From the NCBI GenBank assembly GCA_045541595.1, contig JAZQJL010000265.1:1-49170 (forward strand): a DNA stretch of 49,170 nucleotides. The letters are read 5' to 3'. Source of the DNA: Lachnospiraceae bacterium. Its GTDB lineage: Bacteria; Bacillota; Clostridia; Lachnospirales; Lachnospiraceae. The translations under genes were made by a program, and so were the position numbers. The notes beneath the pieces are model-generated. The model saw only the letters and a list, made by a program, of their open reading frames with translations. It did not search any database and had not been told where the DNA came from. Shown one piece after another: positions 17,154 to 26,556 of the stretch (position 1 is its first letter; each line of letters starts with the position of its first letter).

Positions 17154-17830
17154 AACAGATTTTTGGAGTAGCGGCAGATACCACTATGGATGTGGGAAAC
17201 ACGATTACCTATATGCTGGTGGCAGCAGTATTTGGTTTAATTATCGGCGGAGTATATTTTGCGGTTTGTAAAAAAGAGCAGAGAAGCTTAAGCTTCTTTT
17301 TGAGCCTGGTAATGATTCCTGCAGTAGTTGCAGTGGTAATTTCCCTGATTGGCAGCAACGTGGCAAGAGCATTTTCCATCGCCGGTGTGTTTGCACTGGT
17401 ACGTTACCGTAGTATTCCGGGTGACGGTAAAGATATTGCCTTTGTATTTATGGCAATGGCTTCCGGTCTTTCCTGCGGCCTCGGCTACCTGACCTTAGGC
17501 CTTACAGTGGTATTGGTGCTTTCTGTTGTGGTCGTAGTTGTAAATCTTCTGGGCAGATTCATTGTAAAGAGTGAGTGTCGTCAGCTTCGCATTCTTATTC
17601 CGGAAGATATGGATTATCAGGGTGTATTTGACGATTTGTTAAAAGAGTACACCACAAGAGCTTCGTTAGAACGTATTAAGACTACCAACATGGGTACGTT
17701 ATATGAGTTAACCTATATGGTTTATTTAAAAAACGGTATCAATGAAAAGAAGTTTTTGGATGAAATCCGCACCAGAAACGGCAACCTGACCGTAATTATG
17801 AGCAAACAGGAGCCGGTACAGGCATTATAA
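17147..17830 (+). CDS. DUF4956 domain membrane protein
   Basis: 227 aa with three to four TM helices followed by a soluble C-terminal domain. It overlaps the VTC stop by 7 nt and has GGAGG upstream. DUF4956 is the usual partner of bacterial VTC genes. Confidence 0.75.
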   Translation: MLEQIFGVAADTTMDVGNTITYMLVAAVFGLIIGGVYFAVCKKEQRSLSFFLSLVMIPAVVAVVISLIGSNVARAFSIAGVFALVRYRSIPGDGKDIAFVFMAMASGLSCGLGYLTLGLTVVLVLSVVVVVVNLLGRFIVKSECRQLRILIPEDMDYQGVFDDLLKEYTTRASLERIKTTNMGTLYELTYMVYLKNGINEKKFLDEIRTRNGNLTVIMSKQEPVQAL

Positions 17831-17841
17831 AAAATAAACTT

Positions 17842-17880
17842 GGAAGGGAGAGCAGAAAATGCTTTCCCTTCTTTTCTGTT
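17842..17880 (+). terminator. intrinsic terminator
   Basis: ggaagggagagc / loop / gctttcccttc, followed by ttttctgttt. Confidence 0.75.
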
Positions 17881-17930
17881 TGTGCTATTATTAAATACAA
17901 ATTTATAAATGACGGCAGGAGGCAGGAAAT

Positions 17931-18761
17931 ATGAAATTTACAAAGATGCAGGGATGCGGAAATGATTATGTATATGTAAATTGCTTTAAGGAAACAGTAG
18001 AGAATGGAGCAGAACTGGCTGTTAAGGTCAGCAACCGTAATTTCGGTGTAGGATCTGACGGACTGATTTTGATTTGCCCGTCGGAGGTGGCAGACGTAAA
18101 AATGGTGATGTACAATGCAGACGGTTCCCAGTCCCAAATGTGCGGAAACGGTATCCGTTGTGTTGGAAAATATTCGTACGATTACGGAATTGTAAATAAG
18201 GACGTTATTACGGTGGAAACCCTGGCGGGAATTAAAACATTGCAGCTTCATGTGGAAAACGATAAGGTAGCAAGTGTTACGGTAGACATGGGAGCTCCTA
18301 TTGTAAAGCCGGAACTGGTTCCGGTAGTGGCAGAGGGAGACTCAGTGATTGCAAGACCGGTAGAAGTTTGCCAAAAAGAATATGAAATCACCTGCGTTTC
18401 CATGGGAAATCCCCACGCCATTACCTTTGTGGAGGATACTTCCGCAGTGGAAATCGAAACCATTGGTCCGGTGTTTGAGCATCATCCGATGTTCCCGGAA
18501 CGTACCAACACGGAGTTTATCCAGGTGCTGAGCGACCGGGAAGTCAATATGCGCGTCTGGGAAAGAGGCAGCGGGGAAACCTTAGCTTGTGGTACCGGTG
18601 CCTGTGCCAGCGTATATGCCTGTATGCTGAACGGAAAAACAAAGGAAGAGGTTACCGTGCATCTTTTGGGCGGCGACCTGCATATAAAGTATGATAAAGA
18701 AAGCGGCCATATCTTTATGACCGGACCTGCAGTTGTGGTATTTGACGGAGAATTGAAGTAA
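17931..18761 (+). CDS. dapF: diaminopimelate epimerase
   Basis: [16 protein letters not shown], with both catalytic Cys contexts present (QMCGNGIRC and [10 protein letters not shown]). Confidence 0.96.
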   Translation: MKFTKMQGCGNDYVYVNCFKETVENGAELAVKVSNRNFGVGSDGLILICPSEVADVKMVMYNADGSQSQMCGNGIRCVGKYSYDYGIVNKDVITVETLAGIKTLQLHVENDKVASVTVDMGAPIVKPELVPVVAEGDSVIARPVEVCQKEYEITCVSMGNPHAITFVEDTSAVEIETIGPVFEHHPMFPERTNTEFIQVLSDREVNMRVWERGSGETLACGTGACASVYACMLNGKTKEEVTVHLLGGDLHIKYDKESGHIFMTGPAVVVFDGELK

Positions 18762-20857
18762 TGAAGGAAGATGTGAAGCAGGAGCTGCTTAGTCTTAGCT
18801 TTTGCCTGGACCTACCGATACTGTTTGAAATGTTGTATCAGGGCCTGGTACTGAAAAATGGTCTCGGCACCGTTTATATGATGTTTTACGCAGCATTATT
18901 CGGCGGAGCAGTATATGTGATAACCGGTCTTTTGCCGGAGATTGCCGGAAAAATTGTATATTGTGTAGTAAACAGCGTGGTTTGGCTGTACTTTATGGTC
19001 CAGGTGATATATTACCACGTCTTTGAAGTGTTCTTTTCTTTTACTTCCGTGTTCGCAGTAGGCGGAGATGTCATGGATTTTAAAGGCACCATTTTCGGAG
19101 CAATCAGGGCAAACTTCGGTATAATTTTATTGTACCTTCTGGTTCTGGTGGCGTTTTGCATTTTCTTCTGTCTGAAATGCGACCTGGATAAAAAGAACTG
19201 GAAGCAGAGACTTCTCATGTTCTCCGGCTGGCTTCTTGCCATTCTTTTGTTCTATGGCAGTTTATATCTGGGCGGGACAAAAGAAAACGAACCGTACGGG
19301 CTTTATGTAAAGGAATGGAATGAAACCATCGGAGTCCGGAAACTGGGAATACTGGTGTTTGCAGAAAAAGATATCCTTGGCCTGGTGAAAGGGGATGATA
19401 TGTCCGGAGAACTGGATGATATCGTGATTATAGACCGGCCGGTGGTACAGACGCCGGTACCTACCCATACACCAATACCGACCAACACCTCCACCCCAAG
19501 TCCGACGCCGACAGCGCCGGTAGAAGTTACTGTGGCTCCGGATGTAACCTTAACGCCGACACCGAGCCCTACCCCTACTCCAAGTCCGACGCCGACACCT
19601 ACACCGGTGGATACATCGCCGAATGTATTAAATATCGATTTTACCGCGCTGGCAGAGGCAGAGAAGAATAAAGAAATTAAAACGTTGCATGAGTATTTTG
19701 CCAGCGAAGAATATACATTGAAAAACGAATATACCGGAATGTTTGAGGGCTATAACCTGATTTATATTACGGCAGAAGGATTTGCACCGTATGCCATGCA
19801 GGAAGGCCTTACTCCGACGTTGCTTAAAATGGCAAACGAAGGCTTTGTGTTCCGGAATTATTATGCCCCTCTTTGGATGACCAGTACTATTGACGGTGAG
19901 TTTGTAAACTGTACCGGACTTATTCCGGACCGGTTTTACAGCCTGCGCCGCATGATCGGCCACGATATGAGGTTTTGCTTTGGACATATGTTTGGGGCAC
20001 TTGGTTATAAGACAAATGCCTATCATAATCATTCCTACTCTTACTATGACAGGGACGAAACTCATCCGTCCATGGGCTACACCTACAAAGGAAGAGGCAA
20101 TGGATTGAATGTGAAAAACCAATGGCCGGGCTCTGATTTGGAGATGATGGAGCTGTCTATTCCGGAGTATCTGGGAAGCGAGCCGTTCCACACCTATTAC
20201 ATGACGGTCAGCGGACATATGGATTATGATTTCAACGGGAACCGGATGTCTTACAACAATCGTGATGTGGTAGAAAATCTACCGTATTCGGATATGGCGA
20301 AGGCATATATTGCCTGCAACTATGAGCTGGAAAAAGCCATGACCTATCTAGTGGAGCAGCTGGAAGCAGCCGGAGTGGCGGATCGTACCGTCATTGCCCT
20401 GGCGACGGACCATTATCCGTATGGGCTGGAAAAATCAGTGATTGATGAACTGGTGGGTCATGAAGTGGAAGAAACCTTCGAACTCTATAAGAGTACATTG
20501 ATTATCTGGTCTCCTTCCATGGAAGAACCGGTGGAGGTAGATAAGTACTGTACCGCTATTGACATTGCACCAACCCTGGCAAATCTGTTCGGACTTTCCT
20601 ATGACTCCAGGCTGTATATGGGAAAAGATATTTTATCTACGTCAGAAGGTCTGGTCATGTTCCAGGATAAGAGCTTTATTACAGACCGTGTGATGTATAA
20701 TGCTAAAAACGGAGAAGTAACTTATCTTACAGAGGAGGAACTTCCGGAAGACTATGTCAAAATCATGAAGCAGATTGTAAGAAACAGGTTTAAAATCTCT
20801 AAGGGTATTATTGATTTGGATTATTACAGCTATCTTCCGAAAGATACCGCGAATTGA
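18761..20857 (+). CDS. LTA-synthase/sulfatase-family membrane protein with a Pro/Thr-rich linker
   Basis: The N-terminal polytopic region is followed by a PT linker (19447-19620) and then an alkaline-phosphatase/sulfatase-like domain ([10 protein letters not shown]..., [10 protein letters not shown]). Its start overlaps the dapF stop (TAATG). Confidence 0.8.
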   Translation: MKEDVKQELLSLSFCLDLPILFEMLYQGLVLKNGLGTVYMMFYAALFGGAVYVITGLLPEIAGKIVYCVVNSVVWLYFMVQVIYYHVFEVFFSFTSVFAVGGDVMDFKGTIFGAIRANFGIILLYLLVLVAFCIFFCLKCDLDKKNWKQRLLMFSGWLLAILLFYGSLYLGGTKENEPYGLYVKEWNETIGVRKLGILVFAEKDILGLVKGDDMSGELDDIVIIDRPVVQTPVPTHTPIPTNTSTPSPTPTAPVEVTVAPDVTLTPTPSPTPTPSPTPTPTPVDTSPNVLNIDFTALAEAEKNKEIKTLHEYFASEEYTLKNEYTGMFEGYNLIYITAEGFAPYAMQEGLTPTLLKMANEGFVFRNYYAPLWMTSTIDGEFVNCTGLIPDRFYSLRRMIGHDMRFCFGHMFGALGYKTNAYHNHSYSYYDRDETHPSMGYTYKGRGNGLNVKNQWPGSDLEMMELSIPEYLGSEPFHTYYMTVSGHMDYDFNGNRMSYNNRDVVENLPYSDMAKAYIACNYELEKAMTYLVEQLEAAGVADRTVIALATDHYPYGLEKSVIDELVGHEVEETFELYKSTLIIWSPSMEEPVEVDKYCTAIDIAPTLANLFGLSYDSRLYMGKDILSTSEGLVMFQDKSFITDRVMYNAKNGEVTYLTEEELPEDYVKIMKQIVRNRFKISKGIIDLDYYSYLPKDTAN
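19447..19620 (+). repeat. in-frame Pro/Thr/Ser low-complexity linker ([10 protein letters not shown]...)
   Basis: Repeated ccgac(g/a)cc units; agtccgacgccgaca occurs twice. Confidence 0.8.
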
Positions 20858-20913
20858 CGTTCCAGGCAAAGCGTGGTAAAATGGAAACATCAATTTAGTT
20901 AGGATGGATATAC

Positions 20914-22047
20914 ATGAGGATTAAAAATATAAAAACATATTTCGTAATCGGAGGCATGATTCTGCTGCTGCTTGGATTGACCGGCTGTGCTCAAATGTTA
21001 GAAACAGCATCAGACCGTTTCGATGCTATGGTTGGAGACGTTCTGTCCGCCGGTCAGACGGGTTACGATGAAAACGGAAATGTAACGGTGCGTATTCTTA
21101 CGGCCACTCCAACTCCGGGACCAACACTTTCCCCAACCCCTACGCTGACTCCGACACCGACACCAAGACCGGCTAATTTGGAGCCGGATGGTGAAAAGGT
21201 AGATGAATGGGTATATGCCAGAACGGCAGTGAACATCCGTGCAAAATGGAATGCAGAGTCTAATATTGTCGGCGGATTAAATGCCAATGACCAGATACAC
21301 CGAGTGGCTGTTTTGGAAAATGGCTGGTCTAAAGTCAGCTACAACAGTGAATATGCTTATATTCGCAGTGATTATCTGACGATGCAACGACCGGCCACAC
21401 CTGGAACGGTTCATCTGGATACTACCGAGTATGCATATGATGCAGTCCTTATGGGTGAAGATGTTTATATTCTGGGTGTACAAAATGTATTACAGAAACC
21501 GGACTTGCCTGCAGGACCGGAAATTACCTGTCTGACTATTGTGCTGAATTATTTGGGTGATTATGTTGATAAGGTGTTTCTGGCAGAAAATTACTTAACC
21601 ATTGCGGAACCGGGCACGTCATCTCCGTATGTGGCATATCTTGGGGATCCCAAGGTGGCAGAAGGCAGTTATGGCTGTTATGCTCCGGTAATTGTGGATG
21701 CGGCAAATCGCTATTTTGCCGATAAGAACAGTAGAAAAAAGGCAAAGGATATCTCGGGCAGTACGTTGGAAGAACTTTTAGGCTACGTCAAAAACGGCAG
21801 CCCGGTTATCGTTTGGGGAACAACCAACCTGGTAGAGTCCAAAGTAACTGCTGAGTGGGAAGTAGAAGGTGAAATCATTCAGTGGCAGGGTTACGAACAC
21901 TGCACGGTACTGATGGGATATAACCGCACCAGAGAAACCGTAATTGTGGCGGACCCGTTGCGCGGAATCGTAGAATTTGATATGGAAACTTATTATAAAA
22001 GATACCAGGAACAGCATTCCAATGCAGTCGTAATTTCAAACCGTTAA
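20914..22047 (+). CDS. lipoprotein with a PT-rich linker, an SH3b domain and a C39-like (YvpB-type) cysteine peptidase domain
   Basis: Lipobox LLGLTGC. The SH3-like segment is VYARTAVNIRAKW...GWSKVSY...AYIRSDYL. The C-terminal domain has a candidate catalytic Cys (GPEITCLTIVLNYLG) and His (YEHCTVLMGYN). Confidence 0.8.
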   Translation: MRIKNIKTYFVIGGMILLLLGLTGCAQMLETASDRFDAMVGDVLSAGQTGYDENGNVTVRILTATPTPGPTLSPTPTLTPTPTPRPANLEPDGEKVDEWVYARTAVNIRAKWNAESNIVGGLNANDQIHRVAVLENGWSKVSYNSEYAYIRSDYLTMQRPATPGTVHLDTTEYAYDAVLMGEDVYILGVQNVLQKPDLPAGPEITCLTIVLNYLGDYVDKVFLAENYLTIAEPGTSSPYVAYLGDPKVAEGSYGCYAPVIVDAANRYFADKNSRKKAKDISGSTLEELLGYVKNGSPVIVWGTTNLVESKVTAEWEVEGEIIQWQGYEHCTVLMGYNRTRETVIVADPLRGIVEFDMETYYKRYQEQHSNAVVISNR

Positions 22048-22084
22048 AAAAAGCTGTCGTGCTTTGACGCGACAGCTTTTAATT
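22046..22084. terminator. bidirectional terminator between convergent genes
   Basis: aaaaaaagctgtcg / loop / cgacagctttt. Confidence 0.8.
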
Positions 22085-22564
22085 TTAGAGTGGTAATGTG
22101 ATCAGTTTATTGATTGGTTCATACTTGTGATAAGAGATTCCTGCGGCATCAAACATCTTTCTGGCAGCAACGGCGGAATCGGTATCATGATATTTATCGG
22201 AGTAATAAACAACTTCCGCAACACCGGCCTGAATCAATGCCTTGGTGCATTCGTTACAAGGGAATAGGGTGGTGTATACCTTAGCTCCTTTGATATCGGC
22301 ACCGGTATAATTTAGGATGGCATTTAACTCGGCGTGACAGACAAACAGATATTTTGTATCCAAAGGACTTCCTTCTCTTTCCCATGGGAACTCATCATCG
22401 GAGCATCCGGAAGGCATGCCGTTGTAACCGACGGAGAGAATTTTGTTATCTTTGCTGACGATGCAACAGCCGACGCTGGTGTTTGGGTCTTTGCTGCGCT
22501 GTGCGGACAGCAGGGCAATTCCCATAAAATAATCATCCCATTTTAAGTAATCCTGACGTTTCAT
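22085..22564 (-). CDS. comEB: deoxycytidylate (dCMP) deaminase
   Basis: Zinc motifs HAELNA and PCNECTKALIQAG. The start was set at MKRQDYLKWDDYFMG, because the longer ORF-track start would overlap the upstream gene. Confidence 0.93.
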   Translation of the reverse strand: MKRQDYLKWDDYFMGIALLSAQRSKDPNTSVGCCIVSKDNKILSVGYNGMPSGCSDDEFPWEREGSPLDTKYLFVCHAELNAILNYTGADIKGAKVYTTLFPCNECTKALIQAGVAEVVYYSDKYHDTDSAVAARKMFDAAGISYHKYEPINKLITLPL

Positions 22565-22604
22565 ATGAGTTCCGTCCTTTCTCTTTTCATTTGTATTCAG
22601 TGTA

Positions 22605-23273
22605 TCATGAAATGCAATTCTTAACAAGCTTCTTCTGCCTGCTTTTTTGAACAAAATGAAGTATAAGAAGTACCGCACATCCAAGGAGGACGGTGGTAAC
22701 GATAATCAGCGCACACTGCAGGAAAAAACGCTCCGGCAAAAACAAAATGATTGGATCCTCGGAGACGGAAAAAAGCCAGTCATCGTTGTTAAAAACAAGT
22801 TTATGGAACAGTACAAAAATTCGATTAAAATCAATGGCACAGGCCAGTCCGATCAGGAGCGGAAGCACGCAGACAATAATTGGTGAGGCAATCAGCCAGG
22901 ATGTGCTGGCTCTTTTGTGTTGTATGTAAATCAGCCCCGCGAGAAAGAGAGGGGTGATGAATAAGAGCGCAAAAAACAGATTGAAAATAACTTTTACTTC
23001 CACGAAATGGGAGATGCCGCTTTTACTTTCCGGGAGAGACGGAAAATCCAGCTCTTCCGTAAAAAACGGACTGCAGTAGTCAATCAAGGCGTCGTAGTTT
23101 TCTTTAATTACCTCCACGGAATAGCCGGTCTCCGCAGAAATTCTATCCATACCCATATAGTAAAACGGACGAAAGTAAATGGCAACGGCCAGCCCCAGAG
23201 AAATGAAGAAAATTAAAAATAATATGCCGATGGCACCGTTGGTCAGCCAGGTAAATAACTTATTGGTTTTCAT
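22605..23273 (-). CDS. TIGR01906/DUF1461 family integral membrane protein (family of the lipoprotein intramolecular transacylase Lit)
   Basis: 222 aa. An N-terminal TM is followed by RPFYYMGMDRISAETGYSVEVIKENYDALIDYC, SGISHFVEVKVIF and C-terminal TM helices, which matches my recollection of this family's layout. Confidence 0.65.
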   Translation of the reverse strand: MKTNKLFTWLTNGAIGILFLIFFISLGLAVAIYFRPFYYMGMDRISAETGYSVEVIKENYDALIDYCSPFFTEELDFPSLPESKSGISHFVEVKVIFNLFFALLFITPLFLAGLIYIQHKRASTSWLIASPIIVCVLPLLIGLACAIDFNRIFVLFHKLVFNNDDWLFSVSEDPIILFLPERFFLQCALIIVTTVLLGCAVLLILHFVQKSRQKKLVKNCIS

Positions 23274-23372
23274 ATAATTCTCCTGTTCAAAATAATAGTC
23301 TATAGTTGTATTTTAAAGGGTGACGCGGTATAATTCAATAGAGAAATGAAACTTTTGGCAGGAGATACTTTT

Positions 23373-24908
23373 ATGGGATTTTTTCATAAGCTGAAAAAGT
23401 TAATTACGGCATCCACAGGTACTAAGATTGCAACTGTGGCAATTGTTCTGGTGCTTCTTGCCGGAAGTATTGCAGGAATCGTATATGCTGCCGTTGCAAA
23501 CCGTCCGGAGTTTGTGGTGGGAAAGGCCTTTGTAAAAACATTTGCTTCAGAGGAAGATACGGCGGAAGAAGTGTTTGGGATAAATACTTTGCTGAAACTT
23601 TTGGAAACCCGGGGAACAGAATGGGGGGTAGAAGCTAAAGTAAAAGACATTCCGCTGGATGTGGGATTTGACACCTTTACTATTCCTAATGCGTCTGTCG
23701 GTGTTGTGTTTCGCGATAATCCGGAAGGAGAGCGTAATGTCGACCTGGAAGTAAAAGTGGCCGGGACAAGCCTTTTAAAAGGCAAAGTGTACGTGGATGC
23801 AACACAGGTGCAGGTAAACCTGCCAAAACTTATGGACTCGACTTTGGCAGTGAACTATGGAAGTGAAACCTTCAAGGAGGACTTGAAGGACTCGTATTTA
23901 GTTGACTATTTTGGTATTTCGCAAAATATGTTGGATTGGATTCCGGACCATTCGGAAAAACAATCGGAAGAACCAGGCAAAAACAGTGAGCAAGAGAACT
24001 TATTGCTCACCTGCCTGAAAAACAATTTTTCTGAGGTGAAACTTGAAAAAGCAAAAGACACCCTGCTTCCCGTCGGGACGGAAAATATTAAATGCCAACT
24101 ATATACCATGATGCTGGCTAGAGGAGATGTTTCCGGATTCTTATATGAATACAGCCTCGGAGTGAAGAATTATGTGAAGGAAGTTGCAGCCGGGTACCAT
24201 CTGGATGAAACTGAAGTAGAGTACATTTTCCAAAATGCCGATAAGGTAATTCGTGAAATCCGCGGGGCAATTAGTGACGTTCCGGTAAAAATTTATATTT
24301 ATAAAGGCCGTGTGGTAAAGGTGACAATGGACTGGGAAATGAACTGGTTACTGGAACAACCGACAAAAGGCGGTTTGGAATGGAATTTTGCAACAGAAGG
24401 GAATCCAACCGAGAATATGCAGTTTGTGTTGATTCTGCCTCTTCATAGGGACGCGGCACTGAAAGACGTGCCTCAGTGTGTGGAGATTCACTATAATGTG
24501 GTAACTGAAAACACGGAAGACGGATATACGGTAACGGTGGAAGCCGTATATAACGGGAAGCCGGTGAGCATATCCTTTGATTATAATAAATCGGAGGGGG
24601 ATTTTACCTGCCAGACGGCGTACGGTACAACCGTGCTGGAACTGAATGGCGTTTTTAACCAGGTGGAAAAAGGTAAAAAACTCAGTTTTGAAATAGAGGA
24701 ATACAAATGCACGCAGGACGAACTTATCGAGGAACAGGAAATCGAAATTAAAGTTTATCTGCAGGTACCGGAAACAAAAGTTTTTCCACTGGATGACAAG
24801 CCTTCCGATATATTAAAAATGGAGCAGGAAGACTTCGAGGCGATAGGAAATGAAATTAAGGAAAATCTCTACAAAAAGGTGTTTGGTATGCTAGGGCTCT
24901 TTTCATAG
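23373..24908 (+). CDS. hypothetical N-terminally membrane-anchored protein, tandem paralog A
   Basis: RBS AGGAGA and a single N-terminal TM (IATVAIVLVLLAGSIAGIVYAAV). It is collinear with the next gene over its full length. I recognise no family. Confidence 0.8.
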   Translation: MGFFHKLKKLITASTGTKIATVAIVLVLLAGSIAGIVYAAVANRPEFVVGKAFVKTFASEEDTAEEVFGINTLLKLLETRGTEWGVEAKVKDIPLDVGFDTFTIPNASVGVVFRDNPEGERNVDLEVKVAGTSLLKGKVYVDATQVQVNLPKLMDSTLAVNYGSETFKEDLKDSYLVDYFGISQNMLDWIPDHSEKQSEEPGKNSEQENLLLTCLKNNFSEVKLEKAKDTLLPVGTENIKCQLYTMMLARGDVSGFLYEYSLGVKNYVKEVAAGYHLDETEVEYIFQNADKVIREIRGAISDVPVKIYIYKGRVVKVTMDWEMNWLLEQPTKGGLEWNFATEGNPTENMQFVLILPLHRDAALKDVPQCVEIHYNVVTENTEDGYTVTVEAVYNGKPVSISFDYNKSEGDFTCQTAYGTTVLELNGVFNQVEKGKKLSFEIEEYKCTQDELIEEQEIEIKVYLQVPETKVFPLDDKPSDILKMEQEDFEAIGNEIKENLYKKVFGMLGLFS

Positions 24909-24952
24909 TTCCGGAAGAGGAAATGCAGTAGAGCGGGTTTGAGGAGCAAGAA

Positions 24953-26518
24953 ATGGGAATGTTTTCAAAAGCATGGGGAGCTGTCGCGACGACGGTAACA
25001 ACAAAAATGATAACGATGGCAACCGTTGTGGCTGTGTTGGTCGGCGGAATGGTGGGCCTTACTTATGATGCCCCTTTTAGCAGTGCCGAAGCTGCAGTTG
25101 CAATGGCAGCGAAAAAAACATTTGTCGGTCAAAGCGACTCTTTGGAGGAGGTTTTTGGAATCGGGGAACTGACTTTGGCTATGCAGCAAAAAGGAGCGGA
25201 GATTTTGGCGGATGTAGTTATACCGGAGATTTCCTTAGAAAATCTGGGACTTCCGGGAAAATACTTAGCGGATGTGGATCTTCAACTGGTCACTAAGATA
25301 ACGGCCCAAAAGGAAATCGGAGCGGTATTAGACGTGTCTGCAGCAAATAAGATATTGCTGACGGGAAACGTGTATGTAAATGATACACAACTGCAGCTGA
25401 CCGTTCCCAAATTGTCGAAATCGGTATTTACGTTAAACCATAAAGATCAGGAGCTGGAATCAAAATTAAAGAACTCCTATGCGGTAACGTATCTGGGGCT
25501 TACCGAGGAACAAATAAAGACTTTTACAGAGTATCTTCCGAAACAGACAGCATTAATTTCCACAAAAGAGGTGCAAAAAAAATTGTGGGAGATTCTGACG
25601 GAAGCATATAACAGGAATTTGTCCGATACAGAAATTACAAAAGCAGGAGAGGAAACGTTCTATAAAATGGGACGGGAACAACACTACAAAATATATGCGG
25701 CCGAAATGAACGCCACGGAAGTTGGCGCATTTTTAGAGGACGCACTTTCCATGATAAAAGAGTACGGAAAAGAAGTTTGCACTAACTTCCGGATGACGGA
25801 ACAGGAAGTGGAAACGGCATTTGCAGAAAGCTCAGCTCTTGTATCTAAAATTAAAGAAAACCTGCGTAATTCGGTTTTTGTTAAAATCTACGTTTGCGAC
25901 GGACGGATTATAAAAGCAACTGCAGACTGGTCAATGAAAATACGGCCGCAGAACGGAAAGCTTACAGAACCGGGTAGTCTGGCAGTGGATTTTGCAACTC
26001 AGGGAAATCCATTGGAAAACATGTCTATAGTGTTGCATACGCCGGTTCATCAGGATGCTGCGGCATCGGCGGATATTCCGGAACGGCTGGATATTACCTG
26101 TCAGATTACAACCGCAAATGCGTCCTCCGTCTACAATGTAAATTACCGTGTGGATTATAATGGCACACCAATGAAGCTGGCATTTGAATATAGCAAACAG
26201 GACGGAGGGTTTACCCTGGCAGCCTCGACAGGGCAGCAGTCTTATACGGTAACCGGCGTTGTGAGTCAGATAAATAAAGGAAGCAGCCTGGAATTGATAC
26301 TGAATACGTTCAAGCATACAGAAGGAAATCAATCTGAGGTAAAGGAACTGAATGCCACGGTTTCCGTTAAAGTATGGTCAGGAACGGTTGCTCCGCTGAC
26401 AGGAACAAAACGGCAGGATGTGCTTACCATGAAGGAAAGTGATTTTACTGCCCTGGAAAAAGAAATTACAAAGAATGTGACCAAATTACTGTTTAGTATT
26501 ATGGGACTGATAAAATAA
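24953..26518 (+). CDS. hypothetical N-terminally membrane-anchored protein, tandem paralog B
   Basis: RBS GAGGAG and an N-terminal TM. Blocks shared with paralog A include EEVFGI, G.VYV..TQ.Q...PKL, VKIY...GR..K.T.DW.M, FAT.GNP.ENM..VL..P.H.DAA and YNG.P....F.Y.K..G.F. Confidence 0.8.
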   Translation: MGMFSKAWGAVATTVTTKMITMATVVAVLVGGMVGLTYDAPFSSAEAAVAMAAKKTFVGQSDSLEEVFGIGELTLAMQQKGAEILADVVIPEISLENLGLPGKYLADVDLQLVTKITAQKEIGAVLDVSAANKILLTGNVYVNDTQLQLTVPKLSKSVFTLNHKDQELESKLKNSYAVTYLGLTEEQIKTFTEYLPKQTALISTKEVQKKLWEILTEAYNRNLSDTEITKAGEETFYKMGREQHYKIYAAEMNATEVGAFLEDALSMIKEYGKEVCTNFRMTEQEVETAFAESSALVSKIKENLRNSVFVKIYVCDGRIIKATADWSMKIRPQNGKLTEPGSLAVDFATQGNPLENMSIVLHTPVHQDAAASADIPERLDITCQITTANASSVYNVNYRVDYNGTPMKLAFEYSKQDGGFTLAASTGQQSYTVTGVVSQINKGSSLELILNTFKHTEGNQSEVKELNATVSVKVWSGTVAPLTGTKRQDVLTMKESDFTALEKEITKNVTKLLFSIMGLIK

Positions 26519-26521
26519 AAC

Positions 26522-26556
26522 AAGAGGGAATCCGATGTAGATTCCCTTTTGTTATT
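26522..26556. terminator. bidirectional terminator between convergent genes
   Basis: gagggaatc / cgatgta / gattccctt, followed by ttgttatttt. Confidence 0.7.

Noticed and set aside
17831-17930. A possible lysine riboswitch (L-box) upstream of dapF.
   Set aside because: The interval is only 100 nt and is occupied by a terminator hairpin plus the RBS, which is too short for an L-box.
19447-21172. Pro/Thr-coding repeat tracts considered as tandem repeats, contingency loci or mobile DNA.
   Set aside because: They are in-frame low-complexity linkers inside two well-supported genes. The DNA units are short and imperfect, not a regular tandem array.
22565-22684. A 40-codon N-terminal extension of the dCMP deaminase ORF (ORF-track start at 22684).
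   Set aside because: The extension would overlap the 3' end of the upstream DUF1461 gene by 80 nt. The conserved deaminase sequence begins at MKRQDYLKWDDYF, which has its own RBS.
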